Part shown: one piece after another, positions 1 through 11,575 of the stretch
How the letters are laid out: each line of letters starts with the position of its first letter
Numbering within the stretch: the first letter of the stretch is position 1
NCBI GenBank assembly: GCA_048772705.1
Contig: JBLWGC010000104.1
Location: forward strand, 930,001 to 994,000
From: Leidyana gryllorum EB-2025a
Taxonomy: Eukaryota; Protista; Apicomplexa
DNA: 64,000 bases
Direction of reading: 5' to 3'
Notes under the pieces: model-generated
The model's input: the letters and a program-made list of their open reading frames with translations, nothing else
The model's database searches: none
What the model was told of the DNA's origin: nothing
Translations under genes and position numbers: made by a program

Positions 1-1240
1 GGCGGTCTTCACCCCCTCATTCGAACAGCCCATTACACAGACTGGGTATGAGCAGAATGACTACGTCCGAGAGTGGTCGGGAGCAGACGTTCGTTGGCGA
101 GCTGCAGCTCTACCGTTTGGGGCTCGTCGGCCTGTGCCGAGTTCTGTAGGAGCCGAATTGAGAGACATGAATGCACAAGAGGCTGCATTGTCTGAAACGT
201 TCAAAATCAAAGAAGATAGATGGGCGTTGGACCCATTTGCGAACGGGATACGGAAGGCTGATTACTACAGAATGATGGGAGCGGCGAACCTGGGCTGCCA
301 GTTTCGTGTGCTCGAGCGTCTTGGATTATTAACAGCCTCGAATGACGCCAGTGTCACCGAGTGGTATGTACACGCGACCCCCGTAAAAGCAGTCGTTCGT
401 GACGGAGCTCGCGAAGAACGGTTCCACTGTAGGAGACCGAAAAGTTACACTTGGGGCGTGTTGAAGCGTGAGGCTATATACACTGAGTTCTCCGCCACGG
501 GGCCAAGCGAGGGAGCCCTCTTTGCCCCGCTGACTCGCTGGTACATGTTTGCCGCTGTAAACCATTTGGCTGTGCACCCTGAGGGCGACTTATTTGCCTG
601 CGCGGCAGACGCACCCACGATTGGACTTTACAGTCGCAGAATCGGCCATGCGCCCTGCCTAAGGGGCTATAGTAGTCCGTTACTCCTATTCGATGGCCAC
701 GCGGATTGTTGTTTCGCTGCCGCGTGGCATCCAGACGGATATCTCCTGGCGACAGGCGGAGATGACGAGGCCATCGCCATCTGGGATATACGGTGAGCGA
801 GAAGAGACTCGGCGAGAATCGGCTTGTTTCCAAATGAGACTTCAGGTTTCCGGCCGGTCCTGTGAAATATATGCCGACATACGCTACCGCTTGTCGATCT
901 CTGACGTTCACTGGTCAGGGAGATTTATTGATCAGTGGAGAGTCGGAAGACGCGGTTACCATGTAAGCTCACCCGCTCTGGACATTCGCAGTAATGCGTC
1001 GCTGACAGTTATGATGCGACAGAGGACTTCCGGCCTATTCAAACAATCCCTTTCCTCGGTCCTTGTACAGGTGTGGCGTTGGGAGACCAGGATTTAAGCC
1101 TCTTCATCGGTAGGTGGCTGAGGCCTGGTGCAGGCACGTGCACACAACACCTATGAATAGGCGTGTCGGGGAAAAACGGCCATGGCAGCCTGCTGGAGTA
1201 CCGCCGTCGCCTCAACAATATCAGGGATATACTCCAATGA
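1..1240 (+). CDS. WD40-repeat protein, DUF2415-like family (5' truncated, spliced)
   Basis: Frame is open from base 2 and contains FDGHADCCFAAAWHPDGYLLATGGDD..IWDIR. GT-AG introns near 793-846, 962-1008 and 1110-1160 give ...QTIPFLGPCTGVAL..LFIGVSGKNGHGSLLEYRRR..LQ*, the C-terminus typical of this family. TGA at 1238-1240. Confidence 0.8.
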
Positions 1241-1710
1241 CACAGGCCGCGTGAGTTTCTCTTTCTCAATTCTCTCTGCCCCAAAAACGTCACTCGCTCA
1301 GTTACAGCCGCAGCGGCTTGGCAGGGCCACAGGGGCAGGTTCCAGGGTGGGCACCCAACCTGGGCGCCAACCTCTCAGCTCAGCAATACGCCCAGCGTCT
1401 TCGCGGCCACCAGCGGCAGGAAACGACCTTTGCTGGCATTCTCCCGAACCTCGTGGTGCTTGTCAGTATATCATTCGTTGCTGTGCTGGTGGGACTGCTC
1501 ATATGGATGCGACGGGTGCAAAGCCAACGGCACCGAGGTCGACGACGACGCAGTCGGTCTCGGCAACGGCCTTTTGACGAAGACCACCCGCGAGAGGTGT
1601 ATCGTCAACCACCTGACGATGCCCCATATGCTATTACCGGGTTCGTATACACCGACCCATCGCAACTTGGAGGAAGCGGAGGTGTTTTTAACGATCCTTT
1701 CCATCGATAG
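1153..1710 (+). CDS. Single-pass membrane protein of unknown function (start 1153 or 1237; intron 1251-1307)
   Basis: Hydrophobic helix LVVLVSISFVAVLVGLLIWM followed by an Arg-rich stretch. A GTGAGT..CAG intron joins ATGs at 1153/1237 in frame to the ORF at 1318. Confidence 0.6.
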
Positions 1711-2860
1711 TGGCGATTGATACCATCAACGACGGATCTGTTGGATACCAACGTTGACAGAGAGTCAAAAGTCTCTTTATCATCTGAACAGTAGAACAGG
1801 ATTTCAGAGGCAAAAAGGAAATGAAATGGGCTCACCTGAATATATTTACGAGTGGTCTCGTCATTCAGGATATGAGCGATCTCGGACGAGAAGATTTTTG
1901 ATCGTCCCACTCTCTCGTGAATTCCAACCATAGTGACTCCCATGGGCCAGGCTGCATTACCGATAGCCAACTCAATGTATTTGTCGTGAGCTTTCAGATA
2001 ATTCCGATTAATACAACAATCCACAATGGAACCCAATTTCTCTCCTACGTCGGGCTCCAAGCGGCTCTCTTTGATCTTTCGTAAGAGAGGCTTCAAGTCT
2101 TTCCTTGTCTGTCTAAATGTCGCAGTAACGCCTCGTCCTTCCAAACTGTTCTTTTCGCTCTCCGAACGGGCTTCCAAGTCTTTGTCCCACCGATAGAGAC
2201 ATCGACGAATGAACAACCGAATCTTCTCCTCATTACTCGCATCGTCTGGGATCGCCATGACATCACCCGAATCCTGCTCCACCCTGAGCCTCTCCTCTCT
2301 GTCGGCCGCACTCTCCTCCTTCTCATTGCCTTCACTCTCAATTTTCTGGTGCGACGGCTCAGAGACACTGGTCTCCGCGGCAACGGGAGAATCGTGATGC
2401 TCGAGTTCGCCGCCTGTTTTCAACCTTTTCGCTTCCGGCGGAGCTGACGAGCCCGCATCAGCGTCGCTTGCACCGTGAAAGCGCTTATTAGACTTCGATT
2501 CATCGACTTCCAGCGTCTGTTGACTTTCCGCGTTCTGCTCGCCCTGTGGTGGTCGGGAGGAAGTTTCCGATCTTCCTTTCTGGCCCACTGCTCTTTTCTG
2601 CGTCTCAAAATGTTCCGCTAACGCAGCCAGGCGTCTCGCTTCCGCTTCCTTCTCTTTAGTCAGACGGGAGTCAGAAGATGTATCCGGGGACGCCGCCTTC
2701 TCAGAAATCAACTTGGAGCGAGCGACCCACGGGGTCTCCTCCGATTCGGTGGCTGCAGGAATCCCGTGTTTGAGGCTGATAAGGGAGGGTGCGCGCTCAT
2801 ACCTTTTTGTAGAGAGGATTTCTTGCTCGAGATGAGTGCTTTGAATGCGTTCATAGACAT
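1688..2860 (-). CDS. PRP18: Pre-mRNA splicing factor Prp18
   Basis: Contains YLKAHDKYIELAIGNAAWPMGVTMVGIHERVGRSKI..AHILNDETTRKYIQ|MIKRLLTLCQRWYPTDPS. Two short introns; start MSMNAFKALI at 2860. Confidence 0.95.
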
Positions 2861-2910
2861 GTTGGCTGTTTGAAAAGGCGTAGGGATTCGAATTTTTGGA
2901 GCGACACGGG

Positions 2911-3965
2911 ATGGTACTTCTCAAAGATATCACTAGCCAAGCTGACGGGCTCTTGAACCGGGGTTTCATTCATGACAAGCCTTGGGCCTTCGAGATCAAA
3001 CATCGTCTGGACAACCCGGTACGACATCTACTCGTCTTCTTGCCCGTCATCACCAAAATGAACAGACATTTGTTGAAACTGCATCGTTGAACCCAGCTGG
3101 GGCGTTGGCTTGCCAATCATCTGCGACTATCAAATTGCCCGAGGGCGCCACATTGTCTGGTTCTTTGGGACTTGATGGCACCGCCGTCATCAACGCAATG
3201 TACCCTCTCCGACCCTTCAACGGACTATTCGTAACTGTTCGGGGTCAACACAAAATCAACACTAAAACGCCCGGTCTTGATGTGACAGCGGAGTACAAAC
3301 AATCCCCGGTGCATGCCAAACTCAACATATCTCCTCTCACCAAAAGCTGGACACTCAGTACTTCCGCCTGCTTCAAACCCCCTCTTGCCAATGAAGTCGC
3401 GGCCTCCGACCGCATTGCGGTCGCGGCTGATGTCTCCGGGACAATCGATGCGGCTGACACCAAGGTGACCTGGGGTGCCTCATACACTCATCCGGTGAAG
3501 GATCACGCCATCGTCGGTGCTTTCAAAGTGTAGGTCACAGTTGATGAGCACTAATCTCAATACTCGCGCTCCTTCTCAGGTCGCCCAACGGAGCATCGCC
3601 ATTCGGAAAGGTGGCCGTAAGCGTCGCGGCTAAGGCCCCAAAGGCTGTTGGGTCTGAACTGGCTGCTGAGTATGCTTATATCCCCAAGGAGGATCGTTCC
3701 GAAATCTCTATCGGAGCATCCTGGTTCTTGGATCCTGCGACAAAGCTGACCTCCCTCAAGGCCAAACTCGACCATGAAGGACGAGTCGCTGCGGTCATGT
3801 CCCACAAAGTATCTGATGCTGTTTCTCTGAGCGTCGGCGCCCAGGTATGTCCAATCGAAGCTCCTCTGTCATAATCTTTCGCTTCAGTTCGACGCTACGT
3901 CCAAGGTAGCTGCGCCAGAGAAAGCTGCGCCAAAGTTCGGAATCAAACTTAACTTTTTCGCCTGA
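2911..3965 (+). CDS. VDAC: Mitochondrial outer-membrane porin (VDAC family)
   Basis: N-terminal helix MVLLKDITSQADGLLNRGF, amphipathic beta strands, and C-terminus SLKAKLDHEGRVAAVMSHKV..LSVGAQ|FD..PKFGIKLNFFA*. Three introns. Confidence 0.8.
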
Positions 3966-4090
3966 AACCATTTAGAGAAAAGTCCATAGCTCCAATAATA
4001 TTGTTCTCACAAAAGGGGAAATCCACATCAGTGGAGAGACCCCCGCATCGACATCAAAAGCCCCATTTCCCCTTCTAACTACTCTTCATC

Positions 4091-5117
4091 TCAATAACAC
4101 TGGCGTGGGACCAGGTAGATTACAAGTATGCACGCCACAATCATTGATGGCAGACCAATTCGCGCCAGAGCTTGAGCTTTGTCGTACCATCTAAATCACA
4201 AACTTAGACAGCCACACATAAATCCTCGCTTACGTCGGCTTTTGGTCAGAGTCTTTTTGAAATAGTACACCCAATGCGAACCCGCCGATGAATCCGCCTA
4301 GATGTCCTCTCCAGTCCACATGCGAACTTGGTGATATTGACACAATCAAAGAGATCAGGACAAAGAATCTGGTGTCCGAATAGAGAACGTAGTGTCGTAA
4401 ATGCTACATCCCATCGATGCCTTACGTGATGTTGAAGATCACTTGATCTTTTCGGTCGATTACGTGCCATGTCAGGGCAATGGCCGCCATTTGCACACCT
4501 ATCAACCCGAAACCTGCGGTTGACGCTCCCACCGACGATTTGCAGAAAGCCCAAGCCACCGATAAGCAATTTCCACACAAACCCGCCAATAGATAGAGGC
4601 AGACGAACTTCTTCAATCCGAAGTCCCTTTCGATGGGTAAGCCCATTCTAATTTGGAAGAAAACGTTGAACTGTTGGGATGATGAACATTCATCATGAAC
4701 CAAATGCCACTCCCCACCAGAATGTGCCACATGTTGGCGTGTAATAGTAGAGGGGTTATAAAACGCCACACCTGCCCGTGTTTGATGTCTGGGCCATATG
4801 AAGCACCAAGTTTGTTCAGCGTGGGCCTGCAATGGAGAAAAGACTGCCTCGACACACAAGATAGTGTACGATTGGACTCACATAGTTGGAGCTAATGCAT
4901 AGCTACCGAGAACCAATGAGAAGATGAAACATACGACTTGAACCACAGATATCCAAACAATGAATGAATGCCAGTGGAAGCCCGGAAAGAAGAGATCTAT
5001 GCATCGAGGCTCGCGTTGCTGTGCAGAATCCGAGATGGGAATAGATATACTCCCGCCTCGATTGAGGTTATTGGAGGTGGACTGGGAGAATTCGCCTAGT
5101 GTGTGCACGTTCGCCAT
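4091..5117 (-). CDS. Rhomboid intramembrane serine protease (ROM1/ROM2-like)
   Basis: Spliced exons give GQVWRFITPLLLHANMWH, catalytic SVGASTAGFGLIG and DWRGHLGG. N-terminus MANVHTL is apicomplexan ROM1-like. Confidence 0.92.
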
Positions 5118-5919
5118 CAAATTTCCATCTTTTTCACACGCAGCTTTGAGGAGACAACAGAGGGTTCGTCAGCAATGAAGTAAGCCCATAACACCGGAGT
5201 TCTGCTCAGTAGACTCATGGTCGCTATCTATCACCAAAAGCCTACCTAGAATCCAACATGAAGTAGGACTTGGCCACATAGACTGGAGGGTCGGTCTCCA
5301 CACGGCGCCACTGCATGCCCGGTTTGAGCCAACTCACTTTCCTTGATATCTCACCACATCGACTATCTGGCGAAATGGAAAAGCGTTCCATATAGCCCCC
5401 TTCTTGCCAGCCCGGCATCTAACAGCAAAACATCTGCGAGACTCCATCTAGTTACTCACTTATCTGTAACAGGCCCCGTGAAGTTCGCTACCGCTCCTAG
5501 CTGCCACCGATCAACGTTTCCGTTAACGTTATCAACAATTTTCCATTGGGCCAGGGCCTGACGCTTCTGACCCATAATGAGGTAGCCGTAATCGGATCTG
5601 CTCGTTGTCCCAGTTTCGGGATCAGTGCAGACGGATTCGAAGACCCAGTCGCCATTGAAGAAGAGGTTAACAAGCTCCGATGCTCCAGCTGCAGCACGAG
5701 ACATCCATTCGCCCCAGCAAATCTCGACTCACGTATTTTGGCAACAATCACACCCTTTCCATTCAACATTCCGTGCGGAACGTGCTCGGGTAATTGAGCC
5801 ATCTCGTATATGGAGCCCAACCTATGGGGGTCCATGCGAGACAAATGCTGGACGCTACTCGACACGGCTGACATTGCGCCGCAAACGGATAGCAACACCG
5901 GCACGGCGTGCCACTTCAT
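5117..5919 (-). CDS. Putative secreted protein of unknown function (5 exons)
   Basis: Signal-peptide-like MKWHAVPVLLSVCGAMSA. Four ~40-45 nt GT-AG introns give a continuous frame ending WNAFPFRQIVDVWRRVETDPPVYVAKSYFMLDSRTPVLWAYFIADEPSVVSSKLRVKKMEI*. Confidence 0.65.
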
Positions 5920-5947
5920 CGTTTGGGCCAGCACACGTGTGTGTGGA

Positions 5948-6998
5948 TTAGTGGAATACTGCGAACGGAAACCCAAACTCGACAGATGTGATGACAGTGC
6001 CCAAAGCGATTGCTGCACCAGAGAGGCAGAGCATCAGCTTCTTCTGCCGCCACCACATCATGCGTTGTAGCTGATGTGCTTGTCTACGGAACTCGTACGT
6101 GTTGGCGCTGATAGACCCAGCACGATCCACCAACAGGTCAATTTTCTCCCCACGGGCGATTAACCGATCTATTGAGGTAGATAGTGACCGGGATCGTAAG
6201 GAGAAGTCGGTGGGCATACCAATGTTTTCGACCATGACATTCTGAATCGCATCAATCTCTTGTCGAACCCGTTGCATCTCGGGAGGGACAGAAGTAACGT
6301 CTTCCACGCCGTTCGCTATGTGGTCATTGTAGGTGTGCTGCGGCAACGCGTTATGGGGTGGCTCAAAGCGGTTGCGTGGGAAGAGGCGGATTTTAGGATG
6401 ATTACTTGCAGCTTCCATCAACAAAGGTCAAGGGTGCTTTACTCACCATTAGGGACTGCATTTTGGGGGCAAAGTCGTCGGTGTAGGCCAGCGCAACCAC
6501 TCTTTGAGGCATGTCAAGACCATACTTTTGAAGAAAAGCTCGACGGAAGTCTTCGAGGAATCTGTAGGGTATTTTCACACCCGCCGCTCGATCAGCCATA
6601 ACCATGAAGCGTAGCAGTTGATCTCCTGCAGCATTGCCATTCTGCTCGAGACAATGAAAAACATGGCTGTGAGTGATAAGCAATTTGAGGTTCACACGTT
6701 GGTCATAGTCCCCACCGTCTATAAAGAAAGATGGACTATATAATGGAGCAAAGGCCTTACTGACCTGTCATACATATAAGAGATCATTGCCACACCCTGG
6801 GACGGGCTCTTGCCGCGACGCAAATTTGCATCATCTTCAGTTGAGAGCTTGGCCAGGAGCATTCGGGTAACTGTGGCAAAGTTTCCGGCCGATTCGGACC
6901 ATTCTGCCAATACAGTGGCACCTGTGGTAGAGTCGTTACGGTCGGGACAGGTCAATCAGTCTGTTACCACGAGCTAGGAGGCAATATATGAGCGACAT
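5948..6998 (-). CDS. VAMP7: VAMP7-like longin R-SNARE
   Basis: Longin start MSLIYCLLARG|ATVLAE, R-SNARE motif VMVENIDRLIARGEKIDLLVDR, and a C-terminal TM helix. Confidence 0.92.
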
Positions 6999-7914
6999 AC
7001 AATTTTTGGACGCACGTGCGTGCTTGTATCGATCTAGCTACACACCCAGTTATATTGGCGCAGTCTTTGAGATGAGAGCGGAACAAAAGCGTAGTTCAGC
7101 CAGATCCAAATATGGAGCAGTGAATGCCGCTAGCAAAGCCCTAGCTAAGTAGGTGGTCGAGCTGTTTGAGTCCCGTACTAGTTTTTCCCCCTTCAGAACG
7201 GCAGAGGCGACCAAAAGAGCTTTAACAGCTATCAACCCTGTAGAGAGCGATGGACGTCCTGCAGGCTTGCCAGCTGGTATTCCCATCGAAGCCGCAGAAG
7301 CTTTTTTCAGCAGCTCGCTCAAGGTCCAGCGAGACCTGATGGCGGAAGCCTCAAAACCAAATCGTATTAGTGTTGCCGCTAGACGTGAGTTTGAGTGATA
7401 GACATGGTGTATGGTTCACAACATGGGAGTTGAGGAGCGGAATACACCACGTCTCGACATCCAACACCTTGCGCTATGACTTTGACACGTGCCAGTGTCG
7501 GCTGGCGTGTGTGTCCTGGGGTGTGTGTATGTGTGGAGGCAGTGTGTGAGTGTGCGTGTCCTACCCTGTTTCCCGTGTGTCATGACACTAGCCAGTCTGT
7601 GATCCATCTTTTGCCTTTCAGCGCATTTGCGTAGTGCTGCAATCAAACGCGGAGGAGGAACCCTCTGTTTATGCAAGGAGATGCGTCATTGCCCGTTGGT
7701 GGCATCAGAAGACCCAGCGGACGACCCAAACTTTGACGGCTTGACCTTCCAATTTTACCCCACCGATCAAGGTTGGTGGCAGATGAGAGACACGTGTTTG
7801 CAGTTGGCACGGATGAGTGGACTGGAGACCGAAGCTGTCGAGTTATAGACAGGGCTTTTTTTTATCCAGTTGATTGATACTAAACGAGCCTGTCTGTTGT
7901 CTAAACAAAGAAAG

Positions 7915-8675
7915 ATGACTAGAACCACCACTGCTTCGCCTAGCTGGAAGTGTCGTCAGCCGACTTCGAAAAGTCAGCGGCCAGGCCGAAATGTTGGACT
8001 GTCTGATCTACGGTGGGCGCGCGACTCGAATGAGGCGACGTACGGTGCCCCCTTTAAGCCGATGTCAAGCGGGACTTCCCGCTCTAGTTCTCGGTCCTTG
8101 GGCGAAACTACCGCGAGGTCACAGACGACCAACAGTAGCCGGAACACTCATAGGCCTTCCCATAAAGAATTCGGTCGGTGTGACTTGCCTGACGGCCGAT
8201 GGTATTTGGGGTATCGGCGCGATGGTGTGCCACACGGTCGTGGCATGGTCGTAAGCAAAGAAGGTGGGTGCCAGTTGGTACCTTTCATGTTGCTGCGAGT
8301 ACCCAATTGTTGTTGCTGCTATGTGTGGGAGAGACCCTTCGAACTGTTTCTGGTTGCTTTGCTCGTCTTTAAGTGCTGCTCGCAGTTGTTAATGTATGCG
8401 GACCTCGTGAACGATACCTTTACTGTCTCTGTGCGTCAGGCGAGTGCCGATACGGCGTGTGGCACGGTGGCGTGAACCTGTATTGGGTGTCGCGCAGTGA
8501 ACACTTGTATGATCCAGAGTCGAACTTGGACATCTGGTTCAAGCATAGCAACGAGTACTGCGCTATGTCTTTCGAGTCAAACTTGGTTGAGATAGCAATG
8601 GAGCTGGGGTCGGGTTATGGAGATGACCCGTACCATCGTGCCCTCGATTTCGGCTCGCGTGCCTCGAGCTTGTAG
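7915..8675 (+). CDS. Protein with a MORN-like motif
   Basis: GRCDLPDGRWYLGYRRDGVPHGRG matches the MORN consensus. One intron links it to the ORF ending at 8675. Confidence 0.55.
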
Positions 8676-9439
8676 AGCATTGCTGTCTCGTACCGCAAGT
8701 TTGCTTCCCAATCAATGGAGCAGAGGTTACGGTCTTCCGAGAGTTGATGTCGGGCCTCTGACTAACTGATGGAACGAATGATTGAACTATTCCGGATCTT
8801 CAAGACTTCAACGAAAAACTCCTCCACTGAGAATTCCCGAACAATCACTTGCTGGCCACACAGCCAATTTGATAATCCAGGTGAGCGGTCGGTGTCACTG
8901 AGCACCGAAGGGAGGGTTTACGGGTTATCGTTTCGCCGCCGTCAATACTCTTTGTGGCTTTCTTCTTTTCAGACTGAAGCGAGCGCTTCTCCTTTCTCTC
9001 TGTCTTCCCCTCGGAACCCTCATGATTACGACTACTACTGCTACCCTCCCATGAGTGACGTATTCCTACAAGATCTCGTGCAGAGCCGCAAATAGACTCT
9101 GTATTGACTGAAGGCCCTATCATTCACCTCTCCCACCCCTCCTTCGAAGGCCCATCGAAAACGAGCGCAGCAAAGGAGCCCAGCCAGCCAGCCAATCGTA
9201 ACCAAGTATTGGCTCTTCTCCCCGTCCCTCCGTCACTCCTTCCCGCCAAGCAGCTGGTGTGCCGACTGAAAAGCGCGAAAGCCATGCCGCCATTCCTCGT
9301 CCTCTAAGCGCGACTGACTAACATCACCGAAAGCGACGTTTGAGTACCTGGCCATGTTTCGAAGGAGCAACCGACCGACTGAATGAGACTTGACCAGTGA
9401 CCCCCTCCACCCCAACCCTCCTCTCCCCTTCCCGTTCTC

Positions 9440-10250
9440 CAAGTCAGCCCCGACTTGACTGGATCTAGATGGCTGTTTGATTGATTGCTCGATTGTTCTT
9501 CGTTCAATCGATGGATCGATCGATCAGAAGCGATTTGACTCGCCCTCGATTGATGAACTACTGACTGACTGATTGCTGCACATAATCTCCACTTGCGACG
9601 AAGATTGTCTTGTGCGGCCATTTTTGCCTACTTCTGTCTAAAAAGGCCGACAGATATCCTCTCTCTCCTCCATTGGCTGGCCCGAAACGGGAAACCTTTT
9701 CAATGCAATCCGGCGCCTGACTACGCCGTTTGTGCCCCCTCAATGGTCCATATTTTCCATCTTGGAGCGGAGGAGTTGCCTCTACTTCCTGTTCCAAGCC
9801 CACCCTATCCGTCCACCCTGGTGATCGCGCTGAGCGTTGGATCGATCATGGAGGTTCTCTCTACTTGTCTTCGCTAATTGGCTGCGTGAGGCACAGAAAG
9901 ATGAATTGTTTTCGTAGCGATTAGCTTCAGGGGCCGAAACCACGGGTGTGGTAGGTGAGCCGCCATCACGCCTCCACGCTCTTGGCAAACCAATTAGGTC
10001 CTTCCTTTCCAAAGGTCCAAAAGCGGCGTCATGTCAGCCCATCTCGTCTCATGTATTGAATCGATCGAATTTGATTGAATGGCTGCTGACTGACTGACTG
10101 ATTGATTCTCTCCGTCGGTTCGAAACTCGCTCACTGTGTCTCTCACTCATCATCCACCAACTGTCTCACGATTCATTGACTGATTGATTGATTGTATGTC
10201 TGTCTGTCAGACTCTGTCTGCTGTCTGTGTATCTGCTGTCTGTCCCCCGC
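9440..10250. repeat. Degenerate tetranucleotide microsatellite tracts (GACT/GATT/CTGT) in long non-coding DNA
   Basis: Runs such as ctgactgactgactgattgatt and tgtctgtctgtc. Confidence 0.55.
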
Positions 10251-11575
10251 TCTACCAGCCAGTACACTTCTTCCCCCGTCGTTCTACCATCAGTCACGTT
10301 CTCTACACCCACTACACATCTTTTATACTCCCTGCTTGAAAGGGGTCGGGCTGTCCATACTGATCATCGACTGCAGACGACCACCCGTCCGTGCCTACGG
10401 CCGCAAGGGCTTGTCTCCTTTGCTTGTTATCACCCACTGCTCTGATTTCTCGCTCTCACGTCTGTTCTGTTTGCTACCACTCTACTTCTCGTGGAGACCT
10501 ATTCTGCGTATGTTCGTTTTGACTTTTCCTCCCCATACTGCTCTCTCTCTTTTGCTCACTCCTCGCTCTCCTCTCTACTAACGGTATCTGCTGTACGAAT
10601 GGGTGTATCTGGGTCCACCCCTACGACGATTACAATTGCGAAAAGTATGACACAAGGTTGGGTAAACGGCTCTCCGCACCTACTGTGAGGAGTCGGCGGG
10701 CAACGATCTCACTTTTTTTGGTATTCCATCCGCTTTCTTTATTCTATTCCCGTTCCGCCGGACTAACCGATTGTGAGGACAAACGAACGAATGCACACGC
10801 ACACACTGACGACGAAGAAGACCGCACATTGCGTTTGCCATTCTGCCTCTCCGAGTCCACAAATGTTTTGGAATTGCCATTTTCTGCAATATCAATGGTG
10901 TGTGTGCGGCGGATATGCAAGTCGAAGGGTTTTTTACCTGGACAACTAAAGAGAGAAGGTTCGACATACTTCTTCTTCTGCTCACTCTTCTATTCCTGCG
11001 TACTTCTACACGAAACGGAGGGACTATTATCTGAGAGTGTTCATGCATTCCAACCGTGAACACTCAGCCGGTGCCTCCTACACCGATATATGTGAGTGGA
11101 AAGGCCTTGCGACTGGCATGTGTTTCAAGCGTCTTAACCTCACTGACACTGATATTATGAAGGACTTTAACTGACTAACTAACTGTCTATCTACGTACAC
11201 AGCTCGAAGTTTGTCGTTCTACAAATATCTCTCTCTTTCCAACTCCTGGTTTGTTCGCTACTCAATACTTACTTCGATGCTACCTCGTCCCCCATCGATC
11301 AACTTTTTCTCGCGGGAGGTACTGGTCAGACGCGAGCGGCGGGCCGAAAGGGTTAGCCGACTCGGCATGTCGCCACTCCTCCCTCAGATGGTCTCTACTG
11401 CTGGTATATGTACAAAGAAATTTTGCCTGGATCCGATTTTGAATTCAAGGTTGCTCGCCCTCTCTCTCTTTCTCTTGAACAAGCGTACACTGACACGCGG
11501 CCGACAGATTGTTAAATAATTGGTGTCAAAAGTCGAACCATTCAAAGTAGCACACTTTTTTTTGCGGCATGTGAG

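Noticed and set aside
2891-7010. AATTTTTGG Sm-site-like motifs at ~2891 and ~7001 suggesting snRNA or SL RNA
   Set aside because: No recognisable snRNA or dinoflagellate/Perkinsus spliced-leader sequence flanks them, and both sit in tiny spacers next to start codons.
7050-7850. Short ORFs between VAMP7 and the MORN gene
   Set aside because: Could not assemble a consistent spliced model or recognise a domain.
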